A DNA stretch of 64,000 bases from Pirellulales bacterium. Its GTDB lineage: Bacteria; Planctomycetota; Planctomycetia; Pirellulales; Lacipirellulaceae. A program made the translations under genes and the position numbers. Location: positions 7,898 through 71,897 of the forward strand of contig JBDOMT010000215.1 of the NCBI GenBank assembly GCA_039831705.1, read 5' to 3'. The notes below the pieces were generated by a model. The model worked only from the letters and a program-made list of their open reading frames with translations. It was not told the origin of the DNA and did not search any database. Positions 29,374 to 37,879 of the stretch are shown one piece after another (within the stretch, counting starts at the first letter, position 1; each line of letters opens with the position of its first letter).

Positions 29374-29433
29374 GGGAATGTGTCGTTTGTTCAGACAGCA
29401 AAACATCAGGCTGCCAAGCACATGGGGGGCGTG

Positions 29434-29637
29434 CGTAAACCCGTATATTTCATCCGTTTCGTTGTGAGGCCCAGTAATCTTATAGGAATGGGTTAAGTCC
29501 TTTCGTGGCAAGGCATGTGAGGTTCACGACCGCAGGTGTATTTTTCACACTTTGAGGATCGTGGACCGAAACATAACGCAGCCACGGAAGGACTTGGGAC
29601 GCCGTAGCAGAAACGGATGTAATATGCGGGTAAAACG
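29434..29637. repeat. Long imperfect inverted repeat forming a rod-like ~200-nt hairpin
   Basis: Arm pairs are acccgtatatttcatccgtttc / gaaacggatgtaatatgcgggt, agtcctttcgtggc / gccacggaaggact, and ggttcacgacc / gatcgtggacc. It sits between the ABC ATPase start and the nadB stop. Confidence 0.6.
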
Positions 29638-29736
29638 GGAGGACCGCAGGAGCGGCGAATTCTCGCCATTCTATCAGGCTGAACCGTAGTCTGATATCCC
29701 CGGGAAGAAGGTTTTTTTAGGGCTGGTCACATCTCC

Positions 29737-31425
29737 CTACCCCAGCTCCCGATACTCCCCAGCCGCCAGACGCGATGTGGCCAGCCGTTTTTGCCAGCGA
29801 GAATCGCCTTGGCAAGGGAAATCATGGCGAAAATGGACCCCTCTCGACTCCTCACGCTCAAGTGCCGCACCAATGACAACCTGGGCAATAGTCAACATGT
29901 TTTGCAGTTCCCAGCCGGTAGGGTCGGTAAATTGCCGATCGAGGGCATAACGACACCAGGTATCGACGGTCGTGGACGCCAAGTGGAGTTGCTCCCCAGA
30001 TCGCCGGACACCCACTTGACGCCACATCAGGCTTCGGAGCGAATTACGCACATCCAGCAAATCCAGTCGTTCTTCGTGGGGAGAAGTGGGCTTATTCTCT
30101 AATGGAATGGCCTGATACGAGTCAGGCTGACTCAAGGCGGCTGCCGAAGCGCCCGCGCCCGCGTGCGCCCCATAGACGAGCCCTTCCAGAAGACTATTGG
30201 AAGCTAACCGATTGGCCCCATGCAAGCCACTGCTGGTCGCTTCGCCAGCAGCCCACAAACCGGGCAAAGTCGTTTGCCCCTGTGGGTCAATCGTGACCCC
30301 CCCCACAATGTAGTGGGCACCCGGCCGAACAGGCACCCGATCGGTGGTAATATCGAGCCCAAATTCCTGGCATCTGCGGGTGATACTGGGAAAACGTCTA
30401 CGCACCCAGTCTGCTTCGAGATGGCTCAGGTCGAGGTAGACGCACGGGTGACGCGTTTTCTCCATCTCCTCGACGATCGCCTGACTGACAATATCACGTG
30501 GAGCCAGTTCGGCCCGCGGGTCATGTTCGGGCATAAAACGGTGCCCATGACAATCGACCAACAAAGCGCCCTCACCGCGCATCGCTTCGGAGATCAGACT
30601 GCGACTGCTACCGGCAATGTACAGCACCGTAGGGTGAAACTGCATGAACTCCATGTCCGCCAACTCGACTCCAGCCCGGTAGGCGATGGCATGTCCATCG
30701 CCAGTCGCAACCGCAGAGTTGGTGGTCTCCCGATAGAGTTGCCCTGAGCCGCCCGTGCAGAGGACAGTTTGCTTGGCCCACAGAAACGTTTTCCCGTGAT
30801 GTTGATTCCAAACCAAAGCGCCTCGACAGACGTTGTCGCAGGTAAGCAGGTCGATGGTAAAAGTGTGCCGCCAAATCTGTCGATTCGGCTCCTGGTGAAC
30901 CCGCTCGATCATGGCCCGCATTACCTCTTTGCCGGTAGCATCACCCAGCGCATGGACGATGCGAAACTGGCTATGCCCCCCTTCTCTGCCCAGGACAAAC
31001 TCTCCCAATGATTCACCGGCCTGATGATCGCCCGTTTGCAGATTACCCATTTGCAGATTGCCTGGCGGTTCTCGATCGAATTGTGTGCCCCAGGCAACGA
31101 GCTGATCGATATGCTGGGGCGCTTCGCGAACGACCATTTCAACCACCTCTCGATCGCAAAGCCCCGCCCCCGCAGTCAAGGTGTCGGCCAGGTGCTGATC
31201 GAAATCGTCACAGGAATTCAGCACACTGGCAATGCCTCCCTGAGCATAATTGCTGTTCGATTCTTTCAATCGGTCTTTGGTGACGACCAACACCGACAGT
31301 TGGGGATCTATCTCCAATGCAGCACGGAGTCCGGCAATGCCCCCGCCAATGATTAACACATCGACAAACTGATGCGGAATTTGCTTGGGATGAAATGGCA
31401 CCAAATAACGCGGATAGGAAGACAT
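29737..31425 (-). CDS. nadB: L-aspartate oxidase
   Basis: An FAD motif DVLIIGGGIAGLRAAL, YAQGGIA, and a fumarate reductase/succinate dehydrogenase-type flavoprotein core with a NadB-like C-terminus are present. Confidence 0.9.
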   Translation of the reverse strand: MSSYPRYLVPFHPKQIPHQFVDVLIIGGGIAGLRAALEIDPQLSVLVVTKDRLKESNSNYAQGGIASVLNSCDDFDQHLADTLTAGAGLCDREVVEMVVREAPQHIDQLVAWGTQFDREPPGNLQMGNLQTGDHQAGESLGEFVLGREGGHSQFRIVHALGDATGKEVMRAMIERVHQEPNRQIWRHTFTIDLLTCDNVCRGALVWNQHHGKTFLWAKQTVLCTGGSGQLYRETTNSAVATGDGHAIAYRAGVELADMEFMQFHPTVLYIAGSSRSLISEAMRGEGALLVDCHGHRFMPEHDPRAELAPRDIVSQAIVEEMEKTRHPCVYLDLSHLEADWVRRRFPSITRRCQEFGLDITTDRVPVRPGAHYIVGGVTIDPQGQTTLPGLWAAGEATSSGLHGANRLASNSLLEGLVYGAHAGAGASAAALSQPDSYQAIPLENKPTSPHEERLDLLDVRNSLRSLMWRQVGVRRSGEQLHLASTTVDTWCRYALDRQFTDPTGWELQNMLTIAQVVIGAALEREESRGVHFRHDFPCQGDSRWQKRLATSRLAAGEYRELG

Positions 31426-31585
31426 GGGGAGAAATGATTGATGTTAGATGGTTGATATCGACCTTGTCGAACAATTGCCTTGAACGGTTTTATTTTGACA
31501 GGATAAAACAGGATACACATGATCAACAGGAGTATTTGTACAATTCGACCGTATGGCGTGCATCCCGTTAAATGAAGGATAACCG

Positions 31586-34500
31586 CTAAGGGCTCTCGCT
31601 CTTCGCTCCTCGCTCCTCGCCCTTCGCCGTACCTTTCACGTAGGCACGCATCCGCTCGATAAATGCTGCCGGAACGCGACTGCGATAGGTGTCACGGAGA
31701 TCACGTTGGTTGTCTTGGGTGTGATTCGCTTCATAACTCATCCGACGGTTTTTGCGCAACCCCAGGCTGCGCAGCGCCGCGTTGAGCTCTGTCTGCGCGG
31801 ATTGAGCCTGGCCGTCGGTACTGGCCGCCAACGACTTGAGATTTTTCCAACGCTGCAAAAACCGCTGGAGTTCTTCCTGAGTCCAACCCACTTTGTCGAG
31901 CATTTTTTGGTCGACCTGCCCTCGTTTGAATTGATCGGTCAGACGATTGAGGACCAGGTTGGTTTGCTGACGCGCGTAGTCGAGATTGGCAGCGTCTCCT
32001 TCGGCTGCTTCCTGTTCAGGACCAGGTGGAATGGTACTTGAACTTTGTCCGTCGCCCCCCCCCTCTTGCGCTGATGGCGATCCTTGAGTTGAAGGGGCCT
32101 GAGATGGACGATCTTGTGCTGGAGAGTCTGGTGGCTGAAAATTTGCGTCTGGCTGGCCGTTCGAGTTGGTGGATTCGCCGGGGGTTGGTTCGTTAGCCGA
32201 AGGAGATTCCGATTGCTCGCGGTTAGCCGATGGCGAATTTTCAGAAGAGTTTTCGGATGAATCAGAAGCCGTGTCCGATGGGTCTGGTTGTTGGCCCGAC
32301 GGCTGATGATTCGATTGCCCGTTTGATGGATCACCCGACTTGTTGTCAGCGCCCGTCTGTTTTTGATTCGACCGGCCCTGGTCCGACCGGCCCTGGTCCG
32401 ACTGGCCCTGGTTCGACGGGTCCTGGCCTGGTTTGGACAAATCGCCCTGAGCACCATCCGCTGCCCCTTGGTTATCTCCAGAATTCCCTTGATCACCTTG
32501 AGAAGATGGCGTATCGCCCGGCCGTGACCCGGTTTGGCCCGCGCCTGGTTGCTCTGATTGTCCACTTCCCTCATCGGCCGCCTGGTGTTGTCCGTCGCTG
32601 CCGGTTCCTTTTGAATCGGCCTGCTGACCGGCACCTTGATCCCCGCCACCCGACCGATCCCCACTCTGCCCGCCCTGAGAATCCGACTCCCGTTGATCTC
32701 GCGCCGTGGCCGAATCCTGCTGGTCATCTGACGGTTTACCCGCCTCGCTGTCGCTCTGTTTGTCACTTGGTTTGCGGGCCTGTTCCGAGCTGGCCCCAGT
32801 TTGCTCATCCGATGAGCTCTCGCCAGCACCAGCTTCGCCCTGTTCGGGGGACTTTTCTCCAGATGCTCCCGTAGATTGAGACTCCCTCTCTTCCGATAAA
32901 CCCGTCGAGGGGTCCTCTGGTTGGCTATCTTCCGTGCTGCCTTCGGCGCCGGCCTCGCCCTGTTCGGGCGATTTTTCTGCGGATTCTCCCGTGGATTGAG
33001 ATTCCCCATCTTGCTCTGAGGTTGGGTCTTGGTTGGCTTCTTCTTCAGCAAGATGCTCAAGAAGTCGCTCGAAGGCCGTACCATCGTCGTCTCCTTCGGA
33101 AGAGACCTTTTCTAGAGTCGATCCCTGTTCGTCTGCTGTCGACTCTGGGGATTGCTGATTGCCAGCCTTCTCACTACTTGTACTATTTTCACTTGCGGAA
33201 CTCCCCTGCCCCGTTCCATCTGAATCCGTTCCATCTGACTGATCGCTTTCGCCTCCCGTGTTCTGGTTCCCATGAGCTCCGTCACCCTTCACACGGTCTT
33301 CACTCCCACCACCCTCACCGTTCTCGCCACTTGCAGTGCCGTCACTCTCACCACCCTCGCCACTCGAACTGCTGCCGCTCTCACCACTCTCACCACCCTC
33401 GCCACTCGAACTGCTGCCGCTCTCACCACCCTCGTCACTCTCGCTACTCGAACTGCTACCGCTCTCACCGCTCTCACCACTCTCGCTACTCGAACTACTG
33501 CCGCTCTCACCACCCTCGCCATCGCTTCCTGTCTCGTCGGCCGCACTACCTTCAGAGGTTTGATCGTCTTCTGGACTCTCCGTTGGATCTTGTGGATTCT
33601 CCGGTCGTCTCGAGTCAGGCGACGCAGAAGATTGCGGACGGGTTACGCGTACTCGCCGTGGCAAGGTGACCGAAACGTTGGCTTCCGGAGCTCGATTGTC
33701 ACGTGCTTCTGCCCAGTAAACCAATACATCGCCCTCATGCAGGTTTAACTGTCCAAGAGTAAACATAGTTTGACCAAGAAAACGTCCCGTGTGATTTTTG
33801 GAGAGTAAAACTCGATTCAGCCGGACCGTTTCAGAAGTGAGATTTTCTTGCGGATTCACTCCAACTTGCTCCAAATGGCCCACAACACGCACCTCAGACA
33901 GGGCGAAATCTGGGTCACTCGCTTCCACTTCGACAGTCATTTGCTCATCCATTGGTCGAGCGACTATTTCATCCGCATTCCCCCCGTCGGATTCAGTCAG
34001 TTGGTCGGATTCAGCCAGTTGGTCGGTCTCAGTCAGTCGAATTTCGGGAGCGTAGTCCGGAGTTACAGCAATCCGATATTTTGGCGGCTGGCGATTGGAC
34101 CGTTTCGTCGTGGTAGTAAAACGCAATACATAACTGACATAACTGGGCGTTCGACGATCGGATCGCAAGGTGAGAGGAAATTGAGCCCACACCTGGTCTC
34201 TGGCATTTTGGTCTCCAATAATCTGCATGGGTAAATCGTGACGACCATCCGCATTAAAATCGACAAAGGCTTCCTGGATGGGATGGTTCGAGAGCCCAAA
34301 CAAAGTAACACGAGTTCCTTCCAGCGCATCCAAGTCGCCGGTCGTATTGACTTCTCGAGATGGGTAGCCCGTGTAGGATGGATAATCGTAGCGTACCCGC
34401 TTCACCACGATGGTGGGTCGGGCAAAAACGTAAACCTGATAAGTGGCCGATCGAGCATCACCCGCTTCGATCCAGTAATCGATGTCTTGCTCCATGCCAT

Positions 34501-35341
34501 CGTAGCTTGTATTCGGTAGTTGGCATTGTCGCTCGAGACTCATAGACGTAGCGGGTCCCGACCCTTGCATGAGAATCGAAAGAGGCTCCGAGCGAGCGCT
34601 CAAATCTTTAGTGGGACGGGTTTGGTAGTAGAGTACCGCCTGCTCATCTACGCTCATGCCTTGGATATTGGCTGCAACGGTCAGGCGATCACCACGAGCC
34701 ACAGAAACTTCCCCCGGACGAATGTCGGTAATTTGTACCCGGCTGGGTACGCGACTGGATGACCAGGGGAATAAGACGCGACTTGCTGAAATGATTGGAT
34801 TCTTAGGAGACAATAAGCAGTACAGTGCAAAAGTGGCCGCGACGGCTACCAATACGTATCCCAAACGCAAAACGACCGCCCGATCGACTGCCGTATCGAC
34901 TGGTATCTGCGACAATCGGGTAGCCGCTTGTTGCTCGATCGTTTGATAGACTGAGGCCGATATCTGTTGCCGATGCTTGCGGAACAGAAGCAAGGACAAC
35001 AGACTGTTTTTAAGCGTAGGGCTATTATTCTCAAGAGTCTGCGCGGCATAGATTGGATTGATGGAAGTCTGCAACAGAGGCCAAAAAGTCCGCCAACCAT
35101 ACCAGCCAACGCCAACCATCAACAGCGAGAACAGTACGCTCCTGGCGGTCAAGCTCCAACCTCCAGGAACAATCCAATGTTCCAACAGGGCTGCAATGAA
35201 CAGAAAAACTAGTAGCCCAATAATCAGCGTGAGAAGTCCTGCAAACAGATCAACCAATTTCAATGCACGCCGTGTGGCACTAATTTGCGTGTCGATCAAC
35301 TGCCGACCGCTGATTTGCGATTTTTGCGATACGGTGGACAT
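31586..35341 (-). CDS. Large membrane-anchored protein (1251 aa) with a ~500-aa acidic Ser/Gly/Glu/Asp/Gln-rich low-complexity region
   Basis: Two N-terminal TM helices are followed by a beta-rich region, a disordered region (roughly nt 32010-33600) built from tandem DNA repeats, and a short conserved-looking C-terminal module. The topology is reminiscent of DUF4175-type proteins, but this is not verified. Confidence 0.6.
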   Translation of the reverse strand: MSTVSQKSQISGRQLIDTQISATRRALKLVDLFAGLLTLIIGLLVFLFIAALLEHWIVPGGWSLTARSVLFSLLMVGVGWYGWRTFWPLLQTSINPIYAAQTLENNSPTLKNSLLSLLLFRKHRQQISASVYQTIEQQAATRLSQIPVDTAVDRAVVLRLGYVLVAVAATFALYCLLSPKNPIISASRVLFPWSSSRVPSRVQITDIRPGEVSVARGDRLTVAANIQGMSVDEQAVLYYQTRPTKDLSARSEPLSILMQGSGPATSMSLERQCQLPNTSYDGMEQDIDYWIEAGDARSATYQVYVFARPTIVVKRVRYDYPSYTGYPSREVNTTGDLDALEGTRVTLFGLSNHPIQEAFVDFNADGRHDLPMQIIGDQNARDQVWAQFPLTLRSDRRTPSYVSYVLRFTTTTKRSNRQPPKYRIAVTPDYAPEIRLTETDQLAESDQLTESDGGNADEIVARPMDEQMTVEVEASDPDFALSEVRVVGHLEQVGVNPQENLTSETVRLNRVLLSKNHTGRFLGQTMFTLGQLNLHEGDVLVYWAEARDNRAPEANVSVTLPRRVRVTRPQSSASPDSRRPENPQDPTESPEDDQTSEGSAADETGSDGEGGESGSSSSSESGESGESGSSSSSESDEGGESGSSSSGEGGESGESGSSSSGEGGESDGTASGENGEGGGSEDRVKGDGAHGNQNTGGESDQSDGTDSDGTGQGSSASENSTSSEKAGNQQSPESTADEQGSTLEKVSSEGDDDGTAFERLLEHLAEEEANQDPTSEQDGESQSTGESAEKSPEQGEAGAEGSTEDSQPEDPSTGLSEERESQSTGASGEKSPEQGEAGAGESSSDEQTGASSEQARKPSDKQSDSEAGKPSDDQQDSATARDQRESDSQGGQSGDRSGGGDQGAGQQADSKGTGSDGQHQAADEGSGQSEQPGAGQTGSRPGDTPSSQGDQGNSGDNQGAADGAQGDLSKPGQDPSNQGQSDQGRSDQGRSNQKQTGADNKSGDPSNGQSNHQPSGQQPDPSDTASDSSENSSENSPSANREQSESPSANEPTPGESTNSNGQPDANFQPPDSPAQDRPSQAPSTQGSPSAQEGGGDGQSSSTIPPGPEQEAAEGDAANLDYARQQTNLVLNRLTDQFKRGQVDQKMLDKVGWTQEELQRFLQRWKNLKSLAASTDGQAQSAQTELNAALRSLGLRKNRRMSYEANHTQDNQRDLRDTYRSRVPAAFIERMRAYVKGTAKGEERGAKSESP

Positions 35342-35390
35342 AATGTTGATGTTTGATGTTTGATGTATGATGTGCAGGTGGCAGGTAGGA
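35342..35390. repeat. Degenerate heptanucleotide tandem repeat (aatgttg atgtttg atgtttg atgtatg atgtgca ggtggca ggtagga) abutting the start codon of the 1251-aa gene
   Basis: The 7-nt period was read directly. It is the same ATGTTTG word as 54908-54942. Confidence 0.75.
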
Positions 35391-35691
35391 GATCGCCCTT
35401 CCCCAGAGAAATCCGGGCTAGAGGTCTCACAACTGATGGCTACTTATTCATTATAGGTGTTTTGTTGTAGAAATAAGACGAGCGTTTTCTTCATTTTGTT
35501 CCATTGGGGTGTAGGTATAGGTCGAATATTACGGAAAATCACGATCCGACGATCGCGTGAAGGGGTCAGGTACAAGTTTTCGGCTTTCATGTTCATGGGC
35601 CAAAAGACTCGGTTGGCCGAAAATCGTACCAGACTCCGCCCTCTTGACTACTACCTCAATCAAGCAAACATAAACCTTCAAACAGCAAACC

Positions 35692-36750
35692 ATGTTCTCC
35701 CCCTCAACCTTTCGCGATCTGGTCAGCGGCCGACGTCGTGGCATGAATGCCAGCTTACTGCGCGGGCTACTACGGTTGGCAGAGTTTCCCTATGGCTGGG
35801 TGGTTCGATATCGCAATCGTCGATACGACCGACATTCTGCACCGATTCACACCGTGAATGTTCCAGTGGTCTGCGTAGGCAATCTCACTCTGGGAGGAAC
35901 AGGAAAGACACCACTGGTCGAGTGGCTGGCCCGTCGATATGGTTCCCAGGGCGTACGCGTTGCGATAGTCAGTCGCGGCTATGGGGCTCGCGCTGGTATC
36001 CCTAACGATGAAGCGTTGGAGTTAGCTCAGGCTCTCCCAGGAGTCCCCCATGTACAGAATGCCGATCGCGTATCTGCCGCTGTTGAGGCAATCAACCAAT
36101 ACGCAACCGAACTGATTGTACTGGATGATGGCTTCCAGCATCGACGACTGGGACGCGATTTGGATGTCGTGTTATTGGATGCCAGCGAACCGTTTGGCAT
36201 GGAGCACCTCTTCCCTCGCGGCACTCTGCGCGAGCCACTCGATTCACTCCGTCGGGCCGATGCGGTGGTACTCAGCCGAGCCACATTGCTTGATCAATCA
36301 GGGCGCGATACCATTCGCCAACGAGTCGCCTGCCTGGCTCCTCAAGCGGTGTGGTGTGAAGTCGATCATCAACCCTCTTGTTTAGTCAACCAAAGCGGCC
36401 AGCAAATGCCATTGGAGCACCTGGCCGGGCGGCCCTTGGTCGCCTTTTGCGGCATTGGCAATCCGATCGGCTTTCGACATACACTCACGGCGCTAGGCTG
36501 CCAACCTATCGCCTGGCGCGAATTTGCCGACCATCACGCTTACCCTCGCCACGAGATAAATGCCTTGGAGTCCTGGGCTTCGACAGAAAACTCTGAATTG
36601 GCCGTGTGCACACGTAAAGATTTAGTCAAACTGAAAACAGACCGTTTGGGCACCGTGCCACTCTGGGCACTTGCCATCGAGTTGCAGTTTCTGCGCGGCC
36701 AGAGCGAATTTGAATCGTTGCTGATGACAAAGTTGAGGGTTGAGAATTGA
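35692..36750 (+). CDS. lpxK: Tetraacyldisaccharide 4'-kinase
   Basis: VPVVCVGNLTLGGTGKTPLVEWLAR (the LpxK P-loop) and VLDDGFQH are present. Confidence 0.85.
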   Translation: MFSPSTFRDLVSGRRRGMNASLLRGLLRLAEFPYGWVVRYRNRRYDRHSAPIHTVNVPVVCVGNLTLGGTGKTPLVEWLARRYGSQGVRVAIVSRGYGARAGIPNDEALELAQALPGVPHVQNADRVSAAVEAINQYATELIVLDDGFQHRRLGRDLDVVLLDASEPFGMEHLFPRGTLREPLDSLRRADAVVLSRATLLDQSGRDTIRQRVACLAPQAVWCEVDHQPSCLVNQSGQQMPLEHLAGRPLVAFCGIGNPIGFRHTLTALGCQPIAWREFADHHAYPRHEINALESWASTENSELAVCTRKDLVKLKTDRLGTVPLWALAIELQFLRGQSEFESLLMTKLRVEN

Positions 36751-36751
36751 G
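36731..36751. repeat. Heptanucleotide tandem repeat (agttgag ggttgag aattgag) spanning the lpxK stop codon
   Basis: Read directly. It decays into gtggaat ggtgggg downstream. Confidence 0.6.
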
Positions 36752-36848
36752 AGGAATAGTGGAATGGTGGGGATAGCATGATTTCGCCTTTTCAAGCCTA
36801 AAATCAATGATGGCATGGAAACCGGTGCCTTAGGGGCTTGTTGAATTA

Positions 36849-36926
36849 ATCAGCCGCAGGGCGTTAGCCCCCGGTCCTGACCTCAGAACACGCCACAAAA
36901 CCTGGGGCTAACGCCCTGCGGCTGAT
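36849..36926. repeat. REP-like hairpin family B, copy 1 (26-bp stem)
   Basis: atcagccgcagggcgttagcccccgg (36849-36874) pairs with cctggggctaacgccctgcggctgat (36901-36926) at 25/26 positions. It is related to 44961-45027 and 53461-53526. Confidence 0.85.
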
Positions 36927-36959
36927 GTGATCGTTACCATTGGGCATAATATCAACACC

Positions 36960-37124
36960 CCGCCACTGGTACCCGCCCACTCGCAGCCACTGCGGAAAGT
37001 GAGGCTTGGCTAACAGAAACCCGCCCGCCAAACGAATCTTTCCGTTTGGCCGCGCACAAACGTCCGCCACTGGTACCCGCTCTCCTCGCGGCCACTGCGG
37101 AAAGTTCGGCTTGGCTACCAGAGA
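36960..37124. repeat. Direct repeat of ~60 nt (two copies, 104-nt period) flanking a perfect 8-bp hairpin
   Basis: ccgccactggtacccgc...gccactgcggaaagt..ggcttggcta occurs at 36960-37019 and at 37064-37124. The hairpin gccaaacg-aatctttc-cgtttggc is at 37027-37050. The region lies between the convergent lpxK and BON genes. Confidence 0.7.
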
Positions 37125-37125
37125 A

Positions 37126-37593
37126 TCAGCAGACCATGATATTGTTAACCAATTGCTGGTAGTCCAATACACTCATGGCTACGTGTTGGGCCATCTGCTT
37201 CGTATAGTAGGTGCGACATTCGCCAGTTAGCTCGACCGAATGGTTCGTGATATGTATCGCAAGATTGCGAATACGTCCCGCAAGTCGAATTTGGATGCGT
37301 TTCAAGATCAAGTCAGCCAGCTGCCGACCTTCCTGTTTTGTCAGAAACCCTATTTGAGTTGCTGACCCTGTTTGAGTTGCTCGGTAAGACCCTGTTAAAC
37401 CATCTGACCCTGTTAAACTATCAACCTCTGCTTCAACCTCCGTCCGGTCGTCAAAATAACGCCGGTCGCGCTGATAACGACTTCCACGAAGTTTGAATCC
37501 GTACTGACGCAGGCCAAATAATCGTCCCCGGGGAGTGGCTCCCCGGGGAGCAGTCCGATGAGGTCGTAACTGGCGATGTGCAGGACGATTCAT
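37126..37593 (-). CDS. BON domain-containing protein (Arg-rich N-terminus)
   Basis: The C-terminal IRNLAIHITNHSVELTGECRTYYTKQMAQHVAMSVLDYQQLVNNIMV fits the BON pattern. ATG 37593 is preceded by GGAGG (37601-37605 on the top strand) with a 7-nt spacing. Confidence 0.5.
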   Translation of the reverse strand: MNRPAHRQLRPHRTAPRGATPRGRLFGLRQYGFKLRGSRYQRDRRYFDDRTEVEAEVDSLTGSDGLTGSYRATQTGSATQIGFLTKQEGRQLADLILKRIQIRLAGRIRNLAIHITNHSVELTGECRTYYTKQMAQHVAMSVLDYQQLVNNIMVC

Positions 37594-37879
37594 TTTTCTT
37601 CCTCCCTGATTGCCTCCCCTGGCCCGAGTAAATTCGACGCCAAAGAAAAACTGGCACCACATCATCCGTGACGCTCATCTTGTAATCTATTCCTATTGCC
37701 AAAGGTTCGTCAACAGGAACTTGATAATTGTTTTCTTGTCGCCGATACGCGTGTATTGACACGGCAGCGAATGAACTAAATGCAAGAACAAACAAGCTAC
37801 AAACACAAGTGTGCTAGCTGTGAGACTACGCTCACTCGAGAGATTCTCTGTGTGAACAGAAACGGGGGAAATATGCGGG

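Noticed and set aside
31939-33748. Long overlapping ORFs on both strands (31939-33084 minus, 32230-32874 plus, 33022-33669 plus, 33272-33748 plus, and others).
   Set aside because: They lie inside the low-complexity repeat region of the 1251-aa CDS. Stop-poor shadow frames are expected there, and their translations are pure low-complexity R/P/S/T strings.
36864-37172. 102-aa minus-strand ORF between lpxK and the BON gene.
   Set aside because: Its sequence is composed of the family B hairpin and the two ~60-nt direct repeats. It is not likely to be coding.
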